Source of the DNA: Octopus sinensis
Lineage: Eukaryota
Reading direction: 5' to 3'
Length of the DNA stretch: 64,000 nt
Assembly: GCF_006345805.1 (NCBI RefSeq)
Contig: NC_043000.1
Location: 80,972,001 to 81,036,000 of the forward strand
Numbering within the stretch: the first letter of the stretch is position 1; every line of letters begins with the position of its first letter. The notes beneath the pieces were generated by a model that was not told where the DNA came from, ran no database searches, and worked only from the letters and a program-made list of their open reading frames with translations. Positions 13,151 through 24,790 of this stretch are shown piece by piece. Both the position numbers and the translations under genes were made by a program.

Positions 13151-14055
13151 TATTTGCAGTGATCATTTCGAGTGCATGTGTATCGTCATCTGATTCATCG
13201 TCGGTATGTATCTCTACTTTATGTACAAATTTTCTTGATTTGCACATTTTTGCATAGTGTCCTTGTTTCTTGCATTTTTCACATGTCTTGTGAAATGCTG
13301 GGCATTTATTTCTTTTGTGATTATAACCACAATAGTGACAGTTAGTGACGTAGTGTTGACTTGGCGCTTGAAACTTCGCGGGCTTTCTGTCACTTCCGCC
13401 TTGTTCGTTTTGATGTCTGTATTGCATATGGGGCGGGTTATTGAGTTTTGGCGCCTTTTCTGTCGTGTTGACTATATACCCTCGAGATTTCGTTATCTCT
13501 TGTTTCGGATGTGGCATTTAGCATCCTTGATTGGAGTCGTGTTTGCTCTGCACTCTGACCTGCTTGAATTGTTTTTTGTAGGTCTAAATTTGGTTCTCTC
13601 AATAATCTTTCTCTTAATCTCATGTCTCTGATTCCACATATCAGAATATCTTTGGTGAGACTGTCTGTGAGGTTGCCGAATTCGCACTGTTGTGCCTTTT
13701 GGCGCAACTCTACTACGTACTCATCGAATTTTTGATGTTCCGCTTGTCCACATGTGAAGAATTTGTGTCTTAGGAAAGTTATGTTTTTCCTGGGTTCACA
13801 ATATGCATCGAATTTTTCGATTACTGTCTGAAGGTTCATTTCTTCGTCGGGTGAATCGAAATCCAGTGTGGAATGGATATCTCGGCCTTTAGAACCGATG
13901 CAAGTTAAAAACATTGAAGTTTTTACTTTGTCTGGCTTCATGTCACTTTCTGTTGCTATCAAAAAGAGATTGAATTCTTTTTTCCACTTTTTCCATGCTG
14001 CGGCTAGATTTTCCTGATTAAAGTCTAGGTCTTTTGGATGCGGTAAATTTTCCAT
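13150..14055 (-). CDS. gag: Gag (one frameshift near 13440-13500), with zinc knuckles
   Basis: ORFs 13438-14079 and 13011-13517. Probable start is MENLPHPKDLDF (ATG at 14055). WKKWKKEFNLFL, LICGIRD and CHYCGYNH...CEKCKKQGHYAKMC (CX2CX4HX4C) motifs. Confidence 0.88.
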
Positions 14056-14121
14056 TTCGTCTTTGAAGTATGATTTCAACTTCTTTTTTCCTTTGGTTCT
14101 GTATTTTGGGTTCTTTTAGTA

Positions 14122-14132
14122 TTCTGACACCA
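14122..14132 (-). promoter_or_regulatory. Primer-binding site TGGTGTCAGAA (probably tRNA-Leu)
   Basis: Directly abuts the 5' LTR. Complementary to the ...TTCTGACACCA 3' end I recall for eukaryotic tRNA-Leu(CAA). Confidence 0.8.
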
Positions 14133-14370
14133 TGTTGTTGTTATATATATATAATGTATTGAGTATTAAAGGAAGTAGTGAGTACTTAGTATGAAAGATT
14201 AAGAAAATGAGAGAGACTGAAACAACGTGTTAACGATACAAGATACTTTATTCGACTGCCGTTGTTGTACAAGTTAATTGTTTTGGCGGGAAACAAAGTG
14301 AAAGTCCTTTTATCAAGGGAGACAATGGGCGACGTTGATTGTTCATGTTTGTTGTGATGATTATATAACA
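14133..14370 (-). repeat. 5' LTR (238 bp)
   Basis: Direct repeat of 9835-10072. The only difference is 14136 T versus 9838 C. Confidence 0.97.
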
Positions 14371-14856
14371 AAGATTACCCTTTGGAGATAGTACTGCTTC
14401 TGTCATTATCTATTATTTAATAATATTAATGATAATAGTTTCTAATTTAGGCACAATGTCAAAAATTTTGTGAAGAAGGGTTAATTGATAAAATCAATCA
14501 CAGTATTTGACTAGTTATTTATTTCAACAGCTCCAGAAAAACAAATTTGACCTGAGTGGAATTTCAACTCAGACACTCCAATATCTGTAATAATAATAAT
14601 AGTAATAATAATAATGATAATAATAATAATCCTTTCTACTAAAGTCACAAGGCCTGAAATTTGTGGGGAGGTGGCCAGTCGATTACATCAATGCCAGAGT
14701 GTAACTGGTACTTATTTCATCGACCCCAAAAGAATGAAAGGCAATGTTGATCTCTGTAGAATTTGAACTCAAACCATAAGGATGGACAAAATGCTGCTAA
14801 GTATTTTGCCTGGTATGCTAATAATTCTGCCAGCTCACCATTTTAATAATAATAAC

Positions 14857-15770
14857 GAGCACTCAGAGAGCGCAAACCTCTGCCAAGGCAACACCAGTGT
14901 CCTCTCAATGATTAGTCAGAGAGGATTTTTAAAATGACAATATCTGAAATAAACTCAACTGCTCTCTCAAACAAGAATGCTAAAAACGAACCCAACCACT
15001 CTCAAAAATTAAGTAAAAAAAACAGAAAAATAATCCAGAATTGTTGTCCAGTACCTGATCGATCCCAATGGTTGTCATGGAATGTGAAGGTGGCTGTAGA
15101 AAATTTAGTAACATTAATAAATAGTTTATCCTTATCTAATACAATTTCAAGTTAACAAATTCACCATTCAAAATAGTTTCTAAGGTGGAGGTAATGATTA
15201 TAAGTTCTACTCAGGAATTTTTAAATGAATAGCATAAGACCTTTTGGTTTCCTGTTCTCTTAAATGCCGGCCTTCCTTTAGTATACCTGTTGTTTTAGAT
15301 CGATGAATAGATGTATACACGTATGGAAGTACACTGTAAAGTGTTGATATGTATAATATATAATATATATATTATAAAAATATGTTAGTGTCATTTAATT
15401 ATTGAACGGTTTTGCTGTCATTTGTTTATGTAGTTTGATTTCTTTATCCATCAGTTTCTACTAAGATGTGAGTAAAATTAATAATAGAAAAATGAAAATA
15501 AAACTTTGGAAGCAGCCTAAAGGGAGATAATTGAGAAAGACTTAAAAATCAATGTAAGATCGTAATTATGTAAAGTAAATATAACAAATAATCCAAAATC
15601 CTTGTCTGGTACCAGATAGATCCCAAAATGTAATCAGTTCAGGCCAGTCCTGAGGTAAAACATCCCTGAAAGTTTCATCTGAATCCATCAAATGGTTCTT
15701 GAGATATCTTGTCCATGGACAAACAAACATACATGACTGAAAGCAATAGCTCTGACTTGCCGGAGGTAAT
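14857..15770. mobile_element. Non-autonomous DNA element (ACCTC.GCC start, GGAGGT end; possibly Helentron/HINE-like) with an internal duplicated segment
   Basis: Begins GAGCACTCAGAGAGCGCAAACCTCTGCCAAGG and ends ...TTGCCGGAGGTAAT. A 40-bp segment occurs at both 15029-15068 and 15587-15626. Confidence 0.45.
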
Positions 15771-16259
15771 AATAATAATAATAATAGATGATGATGAATC
15801 TTTTTCTACTATAGGCACAAGGCTTGAAAGTTTTGAGGAGGCATTAAGTCAATTACATTGACCCCAGTACTCCACTGGTATTTTACTGATCCTGAAAAGA
15901 TGAAAGGCAAAGTCGACCTCAGTGGAATTTGAACTCAGAATGTGAAGACAAAGTACTACTAAGCATTTCACCAGGCGTGCTAACAATTCTGCCAGCTCGC
16001 CACCTAAGATAATAATAATAATAATAATCCTTTCTATTATAGGCAAAAGGTTTGAAAATTTGGAGAAGGAAAATAGTCAATTACATCAGCCCCATCAGCT
16101 GGTAGTTATTTCATTGACCCTGAAAGGATGAAAGACAAAGGTGACCTTGGTGAAATTTTAACTTAGAATGTAAGGACTGACAAAATATTATTAAGCATTT
16201 TACTTGACAGGCCAACGACTTTGGCAGCTCTCCATGCTTATAAAAATAATAATTATATA

Positions 16260-16435
16260 GGACTGAGGTAACTCCTCCAGAAGATGTAGAAGCAAAGATA
16301 GAAGAGTGCCATTGTAATCAAGTTTATTTTTTGAGCTTGTGGAAGATACATGAGATATCATAATATCGTTCACTTGATAACAATGGCACTCTTCTATTTT
16401 TGCTTCTATATTTTCTGGAGGAGTTACCTCAGTCC
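16260..16435. repeat. Foldback element: 64-bp arms, 48-bp spacer; partial second copy at 16467-16552
   Basis: 16260-16323 is the reverse complement of 16372-16435 with 4 mismatches. Confidence 0.9.
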
Positions 16436-16557
16436 TCTATATATTAACCAAAATGAAGTAGATTGACAAGTTTATTTTTTGAACCTATGGAAGACACATG
16501 AGATATTGAAATATTGTTCACCTGATAACAATTGCACTCTTCTATTTTTGCTAATAA

Positions 16558-16624
<67 letters not shown>

Positions 16625-16628
<4 letters not shown>

Positions 16629-17237
16629 CAATATCAAAACTGCCGACAAGTGGTATAATCACCACCCTGAGGCTGTAACTGAAGGAGAAAATGTAACCAT
16701 TCTGTGGGACTTTCCAGTACATACAGACCGAACCATCAAGGCCAATAAACCAGATATTGTTGTGAAAGACCAAAACAATAAAGTTTGCTTATTGATCGAC
16801 ATGAGCATCCCCTGTGATCATAATATCTCAGCGAAAGAGTTTGACAAGCTCAGAAAATATAAAGACCTACTCATTGAAATTGAGAAAATGTGGCATCTCA
16901 AGGCGGTTACAATACCAGTGATCGTAGGAGCACTAGGAATGATCAAGAAGGGAACCGAAAATTATATGAGAATGATCCCTGGCTTACCATCCCTGCAAGA
17001 AGTGCAAAAGATTGTCTTAACTGGTACATCACACGTATTGAGAAGAGCATTGTCGATGTGAGAACTGTTGCTGCTCATGCATTTTAATTTAACTTTAAAA
17101 AAAAAAAAAAGAAAAAATGAACGAACTACTGAGTTTGGTTTAATGGCCTACCAATATACACTATCAGTTTCTTTGCCCTAGGAGTCGGGAAGACACTCGG
17201 TAAGAAATGGAAGAAAATTTGAAAGAAGAAAAAAAAA
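16625..17237 (+). mobile_element. R4/Dong-type LINE 3' fragment (restriction-like endonuclease), flanked by (TAA)n on both sides
   Basis: ILWDFPVHTDRTIKANKPDIVVKD...LIDMSIP...KLRKYKDL...IPVIVGALG, with an open frame to the stop at 17061. Confidence 0.9.
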
Positions 17238-17243
17238 GTAATA

Positions 17244-17276
<33 letters not shown>

Positions 17277-17284
17277 ACAATAAC

Positions 17285-17316
<32 letters not shown>

Positions 17317-17547
17317 CAACAACAACAACAATAATGATAATAATAACAACAATAATAATAGTAATAATATCATCATCATCATCATCATCATCGTTTAACG
17401 TCCGCTTTCCATGCTAGCATGGGTTGGACGGTTCAACTGGGGTCTGGCAAGCCCGAAGGCTGCACCAGGCCAGTCAGATCTGGCAGTGTTTCTACAGCTG
17501 GATGCCCTTCCTAACGCCAACCACTCCGAGAGTGTAGTGGGTGATTT

Positions 17548-17825
17548 TATGTGCCACCGACACAGGTGCCAGACGAGGCTGGCAGACGGCCACGCTCGGA
17601 TGGTGTTTTTTATGTGCCACCGACACAGGTGCCAGACGAGGCTGGCTGACGGCCACGCTCGGATGGCGTTTTCTTATGTGTCACCGACACAGGTGCCAGA
17701 CGGGGCTGGCGGACGGCCATGCTCGGATGGTGTTTGTTACGTGCCCTCAGCACGGAGGCCAGTCGTTGCGGTACTGGCTACGATCACGTTCGGATGGTTT
17801 TCTTATGTGCCACCGGCACTGGTAC
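17548..17825 (-). repeat. Tandem 63-66 bp modules in the RTE 3' UTR (4 units plus a partial)
   Basis: Unit starts (TAYGTG) at 17548, 17611, 17675, 17738 and 17804. Confidence 0.9.
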
Positions 17826-18000
17826 CACAAGGATACAAATTCCATTGATGTTCATCTATTTTGATTTGGTTCGATTTGATTTGATTTGATTCGATTCGAT
17901 TCTCACTTCCCTCAACAGGTCTTCACAAGTGTCACAAGAAGGAAGGTATGCACAGGTGGACTGACTACGTCCCAGGTAGGGGCCACGGATTATGGCTTCA

Positions 18001-19974
18001 CTAGTCTTGCCGGGTCTTCTCACGCACAGCATACTTCCATAGGTCTCGGTCTCTAGTCATTTCCATGGTGAGACCTAACGTCCGAAGGTCGTGCTTCACC
18101 ACTTCGTCCCAGGTTTTCCTGGGTCTACCTCTTCCACGGGTTCCCTCAACTGCTAGGGATTGGCACTTTCTCACACACCTATCTTCATCCATTCTCGCCA
18201 CATGACCATACCAGCGCAATCGTCTCTCTTGCACACAACAACTGATGCTTCTTAGGTACAACATTTCTCTCAAGGTACTAATGCTCTGTCGAGTAAGTAC
18301 ACTGACATTACACATCCATCGGAGCATACTGGCTTCGTTCCTCACAAGCTTACGCATGTCCTCAGCAGTCACGGCCCATGTTTCACTGCCATGTAGCATA
18401 GCTGTTCGTACACATGCATCATACAGTCTGCCTTTTACTCTGAGCGAGAGGCCTTTAGTCACCAGCAGAGGTAAGAGCTCCCTAAACTTTGCCCAGGCTA
18501 TTCTTATTCTAGCAGTTACACTTTCAGCGCACCCGCCCCCACTACTGACTTGGTCACCTAGATAGCGGAAGCTATCAACTACTTCTAGTTTTTCCCCCCG
18601 GAAAGTGACGGAAGTTGTTTTCTGCAGATTTTCGGAGGTCAATGCTCCAGAGCATCTGCCACATACAAAAACTATCTTCCCAGTTAGCCTACCTTTGACA
18701 TTGCTGCACCTCTTATGTTTCCATAGCTTACACTGGGTACATCTTATAGAGTTTCTACCTACACCTTTTCTACAGATTGAGCAGGGCCATCTTCCTGAGG
18801 ATATTTGTGGATTTTCTAACTTTCTACTTATTAGTACTTTGGTTTTGGCTAGGTTGACTCTAAGGCCCCTCGATTCTAAACCCTCCTTCCACACCTGGAA
18901 CTTCTCCTCCAGTTCTGATAGTGACTCAGCGATTAGAGCGAGGTCATCAGCATAGAGGAGCTCCCAGGGGCAACCTGTCTTGAATTCCTCCACAATTGCC
19001 TGGAGGACTATGATAAATAGGAGGGGGCTGAGTACTGAACCCTGGTGGACCCCAACCTCTACCTTGAATTCTTCTGTGTACATGCTGCCAACTCTAACCT
19101 TACTTACGGCATCTCTGTACATGGCTTGCACAGCCCTCACCAGCCATTCATCTATCCCTAGTTTCCTCATTGACCACCAGATGAGGGAACGGGGGACCCT
19201 ATCAAAGGCTTTCTCCATGTCAACGAAAGCCAGGTACAGGGGCTTATCTTTGGCTAGGTATTTCTCCTGCAGCTGCCTTACCAGGAATATAGCATCAGTG
19301 GTGCTTTTCCCTGGGACAAACCCAAACTGCATCTCATCTAAACTAACTCTCTCTCTAATTAGTTGGGCTATGACCCTCTCCGTAACCTTCATTACCTGAT
19401 CCAACAGCTTGATACCTCTGTAATTATTTGTATCCAGGGCATCACCTTTACCTTTGTAGCAGTTGACTAGTATGCTGCTACACCAGTCATTGGGTATGAC
19501 TCCTTCGTGTATCACCTGGTTGACTATACGGGTGACTAGGTTATAGCCGACACTGCCAGATATTTTGAGCATCTCTGCAGTAATTCCTGATGGGCCTGGG
19601 GCTTTCCCTGTCTTCATGCTTCTAATTGCCTTAGCTACCACGGAACTATCAACTCGGATAGCTGGTCCCTCTGTTGGGTCAACATTCGGCAGACTCTCTT
19701 TATCCCATTCATTTTCTTTATTCAGCAACCTTTAATAGTGGCATCTCCAAACCTCTCTCTTTGCATCCTCATTTAGCGCAAGTGAACCATCATCCATGCG
19801 AACACACTTCTCTCCTACCACATCACGATTCTCTCTCACACACTGTCTTGCAACACGAAATACCTCAAGTCTTTCATCCTCACGGCTCAGAACATTGGCA
19901 AATTTTTTCTTATCCGCTTCCCCTCTGGCTAAATAAACCTGTCTCCTAGCTTCCCTTTTGGCTGTCTGATACAA
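18001..19974 (-). pseudogene. RTE reverse transcriptase; one in-frame TAA at 19732-19734, endonuclease domain missing
   Basis: KAPGPSG, YRGIKLL, FVDMEKAFDRV, VHQGSVLSP, LYADDL, FRYLG, a C-X2-C rich insert, RLRWYGHV. ORFs 19732-19974 and 18001-19728 are in the same frame. Confidence 0.93.
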
Positions 19975-20002
19975 TTCCCTGCTACCACCGTTCTTCCAAT
20001 AA

Positions 20003-20649
20003 CATTATTATTATTAGTAGTATTTACTTTTAATCTGAATGTTTGTTACAATCACTCACCAAGACAATCACTTACCAGCATCCTAGGGTGAGTGAAGGAT
20101 AACAGATGTTACAATATGACTGAAACTTGAGGAGGGGAAGAGGCAGGGACAGTAGCAAAATATCTTCATGTAATACAACAAATACAACACATAAGGATGC
20201 AGGCAATACTTGTAAGCACAATCTTTTGGATTTCTCTGAGACATGGTTCTCCTGGGATATAATCCAGATGTTTCTGACACCCCTTTCTTATCATACCAAG
20301 GGCACCCACAATAACAGGGACAGTTCTCACTTTAAGATGCCACAGATTTTGTATTTCTATTTTCAGGTCCTTATATTTAATTAATTTGTCAAATTCCTTT
20401 ACAGATATATTTTTATCAGTGGGAACACTTACATCTATTAGCCTACAAGTATTTTCTTCTCTGTCATTAATGACTACATCCGTTCGATTAGCCTGGATTG
20501 TTCTGTTGGTGTTGACTGGAAAATCCCAGAGGAGAGTGACATTTTTACCTTCAGTGACTGGCTCAGGATGTGCTGATTTTATAGTGTTTACATATTTTCC
20601 AATGTGAATACTGTCCTACTCTATCGTAGTGATTTTTGTATTCGTTTGG

Positions 20650-20652
<3 letters not shown>
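20003..20652 (-). mobile_element. R4/Dong-type LINE 3' fragment (RLE), flanked by (TAA)n
   Basis: Manual translation: DRVGQYSHWKICKHY...EPVTEGKNVTLLWDFPVNTNRTIQANRTDVVIND...IDVSVPTDKNISVKEFDKLIKYKDL...VPVIVGALG. Confidence 0.88.
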
Positions 20653-20695
<43 letters not shown>

Positions 20696-21164
20696 GAGTG
20701 AGAGAGCAGTGCATGTCATCAAAATGACATTGGAGTAAAATATACAAAGCCCAATATACCCATCATGACTACACGTCTGATAAGAGTACACCAGGCACAT
20801 GAATCACAACCATACGTGCGCGACATGGTGATCTCAAATTAAGGTTAAAGTGCATGACTTTGCAGGTGGGGCCCAGTTAGAAATTTCTTCAGGTTGAGTG
20901 GCTCATCCCATGCAAAAGGTCCCTGTATAAGAGTTGTTTAAGGATGTTGAATGAAACACCAATGTTTCCAGTGGTGAATTATCCAAACCCTAAAGAATTC
21001 CTCTTAACACATGGCTATGATACTCCCCCACTACTTCTGTTCATGGTCAGATATGCACATATCGTCAGCCACTAAGGGACATGCTCAGCCTGTTACGGTC
21101 AAACAACTGACGTGGAAATCTTTGGTATTTAGAAGAATATTTGCTGTAGCCCACCTTTTATACC
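20696..21164 (-). mobile_element. Non-coding repeat ending in ...CTGCTCTCTCACTC(AAT)n; further copies at 43253-43443, 43471-43917, 44162-44203
   Basis: Four copies share the same terminus and lie within TAT/ATT tracts. The 20696 and 43471 copies align over about 450 bp. Confidence 0.8.
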
Positions 21165-21176
21165 ATTATTATTATT

Positions 21177-21211
<35 letters not shown>

Positions 21212-21239
21212 TATTATTATTATTATTTAATCAATGAAC

Positions 21240-22095
21240 TATATAGGGTATAGTAAATACAAATAAAAGTATCAAGAAAGGAATATTATAGATAGATTAG
21301 ATTTAAAGAGCTAAATGTAAAAAAAACAAAATGTAATAGGTATGAATACTTTAGCTGTTCTAGTTATAAGTTACAGCTATAATATTCTTAAGTGGACACT
21401 TAATGAACTAGCAAGACTAGACAGGAAAGCAAAGAAAATTATGTCTGCAATTAGAGTACACCACTCAAACTCTGGCATAGAAAGACTATATATACCACAA
21501 ATGGATGGTCAGAGAGGCCTTATACAACTAGAAAACTACTACGAAATATCTACTATAGGACTACAAAATATCTAATTCAGAATCGAGGAAAATTGATAAA
21601 AATAGCTTCATATCATGAACAAACAAAAAAAAACCTTTCTGCCTTCAAGGTAACCAAAAAATTCAAAGCAAAAGCCACAATAACTTACAGAGATAAAGAA
21701 AACAGTAAAGTTCGATCTGAACTAAAACTGAAACTACAGAATGTTGTGATAAAACAATGACAAGAAAAGTTCCTACATAACAAATAGTAGTATAAGCTGA
21801 ATGAAATAGAAATAGACAGAGGAAAATCCCAACACTGGGTGAGTAGCATGAGGCTCAGAGCAAAGACTGAAGGGGTTCTTAATTGTGGTACAAGATCAAA
21901 GCCTCCCAATGAGAAAAAACCAAAAGCACATGATGAAGCAGAAGACATTACTGTGGAATATATCATATTCTTGGATCATTGAATGCTTGAATATGTTTGG
22001 GATTGCAAAGAACGTCAAGAGTATTTTGAGAAAAAGTAGGGAAAGTTGGAAGACTGAGCTCACATCATATGGACAGAAGAATCTAGGAATGTAAA
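21240..22095 (+). pseudogene. R4/Dong-type LINE fragments, out of normal order
   Basis: NTLAVLVISYSYNILKW...RLDRK...IERLYIP...RGLIQLE and KTEGFLIVVQDQSLP, followed by SYSWIIECLNMFGIA...WKTEL, which is normally upstream in the RT. Confidence 0.75.
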
Positions 22096-22897
22096 GAATC
22101 TAGAGATGGATTTTTCTAAGTGACAGTATGTCTCTATTATTAATTATTTTATAATAATGATGGACTTTCCTGTCAAAGATGACATGTATGTTCAGCTTTT
22201 GCCAAATGACCTGCACAACTTATTTGTTTATAGTGATCAAATTTATGTACTGTACATTAGCTCACTCCCTCCATCAAATAGACTTTACCTGAACAGGTGC
22301 ATGGTATGCTATGCATCAAGTGTCTACGTGATTGTAGAGCAATGTGAGATAAAGTTTTTTGCTCAAGAACACAATGCACCACCCAGTCTAGGAAGTGAAA
22401 CCACAATCTCATGATCATGAGTGCAACACCCTAACCACTAGGCCATGCATCCTAGTTTATTAATAATAATAATAATAATAATAATGATAATAATAATAAT
22501 AATATTGATAATAATAATAATCACAACAATTATTGTTGTTGTTGTTATTAAGGCAGCAAGCTGGCAGCATTGTTAGCACATCAGGCAAAATGCTTAGCAG
22601 CATTTCATCCGTCTTCATGTTTACAGTTCAAATTCAGTCAAGGTCGACTTTGCTTTCATCCTTTCAGGGTCATTAAATTAAGTACCAGTTCAATTCTGGC
22701 TTGATGCAATCAACTTACTCTCTACCCTGAAATTGCAGGCCTTGTGCCAAAATTTGAAATCATTATTTTATTTTATTTTAACTCATTCTGTTGGAACTCC
22801 TGGAGTCTTGCATGTGTAGCAGGCTTATTTTCTGCAGCCTATGGTACCATGCCATTTGTGTTTTCAACTTTCTAATACTTGCTTGAAAAAAAATTTA

Positions 22898-22950
<53 letters not shown>

Positions 22951-24439
22951 TATTATTATTATTATTGTTATCGTTATTATTATTATTATCGTTATCGTTA
23001 TTGTTGTCGTTGTCATCGTCGTTGTCGTTGTCGTTGTCATCGTCGTTGTCGTTGTCGTTGTTGTTGTTGTTGATATTTTTAACAAGTACAAGGCCAGAAA
23101 TATAGGGCAAGGAGTTAATTATACTGACCCCAATGCTATATATTTACTTTATTTTATTAACCCCTGAAAATGAATGGCTGACCATGTCAGATTTTGAAAT
23201 CAGAGTGCAGAAAGCTGGAAGAAATAATTCATCACTAATTGTCTCTATGCACTAATGATTCCACCAATCCACTATCATTGTATGACCTACCACATAGCTA
23301 TCAAGGCTCTCTTCAGTTTCCCTAACATGAGTACATGAAAAACATGTTTTTTATTTTCTAATGTAAATTTCTCAGATAAAGAGTTATTCCCTTTTGGGAT
23401 GTACCTTTCCTACTCCTTTACTTTTACTTAGAGTTGCCTCATGTCTAGTACCTCTCTTTTTTGGCTCACAACACAAGCAAAAGTTTAGTTGTCATTGTTA
23501 CTGGTAGTGTTTTTGTTATGTTTCTACTACCATTTTTACTTTTCTGCTGCTCAAATCATAGATATTTGTATTCAGAACTGCGTCCGATTGCTTGTCATTT
23601 TTTAATAATTTTAATTAGTTAATTAGCCTCTGGGGAAGTTAATTAGTTAATTAGCCTCTGGGTGTGGTGGCTTGTGAGGTTTGGCTGCTATTTCTAGAAA
23701 ATCAAAGCTGGTTGTAATATGAGGGAGAATTAGTTGTAATTTCCAGCTGTCCAAGTGGCAACATAAAGGTTCTCTTTCATTTGTGTGTGTGTGTATGTCT
23801 ATGTGTCTATGTTTTTGCATTTTGAGTTTGTGTATTTGTTGCTATTTGTGTATGTGCTTCTATGTGTGCTTATTTTTGCTGATGTGATTTTGTGAGTTTG
23901 CATGTCTATGTATGTGGATGAGTGGGTTTGTGTGTATGTGTGTGCATGTATGTATGAATATATGTGCTTTCACGTGTCTGAATGTATGTATTAGCATGTA
24001 AATGTGTTTATATATATGCACGTGTGAGTGTGTGTGTGTGTACGTGAGCGCATACATTCTGGTTAACACCAAGTCAAACCTGATAGAGCAGACATAATTA
24101 TCATCATCATCATTTAACGTCTGTTTTCCATACTGGCATGGGCTAACAAAAGCTGGCCTACTGGAGAGCTGTCTGGACTCCATTTATCTGTCAGCTTTGA
24201 CATGGTTTCTTTGGTTGGATGGCCTTCCTAATGCCAACCACATTACAGAATGTATTGGGTGCTTTAACATGGTACTGGTATGGGCTCTTTTATGTGGCAC
24301 CAGCATGGGTGCCTTTGCATGGCATTGGCATGGGTGCTTTTATGTAGTACCAGAACCCATGAGCCAAGTATTCTAATCATTCTGGTATTAGAATACCAAG
24401 TATTCTAATCATTCTGTCTCTTTGACTACATTATATCAT

Positions 24440-24790
24440 GTGTCCTTTCTCCTCTCAGATGTAGCTTGAGGAAGATTTGGTTGCTATCTCCAGTACATCA
24501 AGCAACCATAATGAAGCTCATAGTTGTTGTTGTTCAACCCTAGATCAACCCTAATGGAGCAAACTCATGATCAATGGCATTCTAGTCATAACCGTCCCAG
24601 CTTTTAACACACACTATATGAAGGATTCTCTGTATTGCATCCCTTCATTTTCAAGAAAGTAGGATGCAGTTTCAATGGAGTTTTGGCTATTACTTCCAGC
24701 AGGTCAAGTAGCCATGCAGAGGAACCCTTGATAGAGTTGTTATTTTCGTTATTCTTTAGCCCTAGGTCAACCCTGATACAACAAACAAGC
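24440..24790 (-). mobile_element. Repeat family D with (AAC)n tail (two copies here); also 40820-40970, 58185-58355, 62010-62110, 62490-62640, 63170-63380
   Basis: Shared minus-strand motifs GCTAGAAATAGCAGCCAAA ... GATCAGGG(T)TGACCTAGGG(C)TAAACAACAAC. Confidence 0.65.

Larger units (their letters stand above)
9835..14370 (-). mobile_element. Full-length Ty3/Gypsy LTR retrotransposon (K02A2.6/Mag-like), very recent insertion
   Basis: Two 238-bp LTRs (9835-10072, 14133-14370) with TG...CA ends and one mismatch. 5-bp TSD AAGAT at 9830-9834 and 14371-14375. PBS and PPT in the expected positions. Domain order gag-PR-RT-RH-IN. Confidence 0.97.
17369..19999 (-). mobile_element. RTE-clade LINE, 5'-truncated, young copy with (GAT)n tail
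   Basis: RT ORF plus about 630 bp of 3' UTR ending CCATGCTAGCATGG...GTTAAAC(GAT)n. Truncated near 19999. Confidence 0.95.

Noticed and set aside
13140-13165. Programmed gag-pol frameshift
   Set aside because: The position is plausible, but there is no X-XXY-YYZ slippery heptamer and five other frameshifts exist, so an ordinary indel is equally likely.
22330-22455. tRNA gene candidates in SINE heads
   Set aside because: They have A/B boxes but no complete cloverleaf, and they continue into multi-copy SINE bodies.
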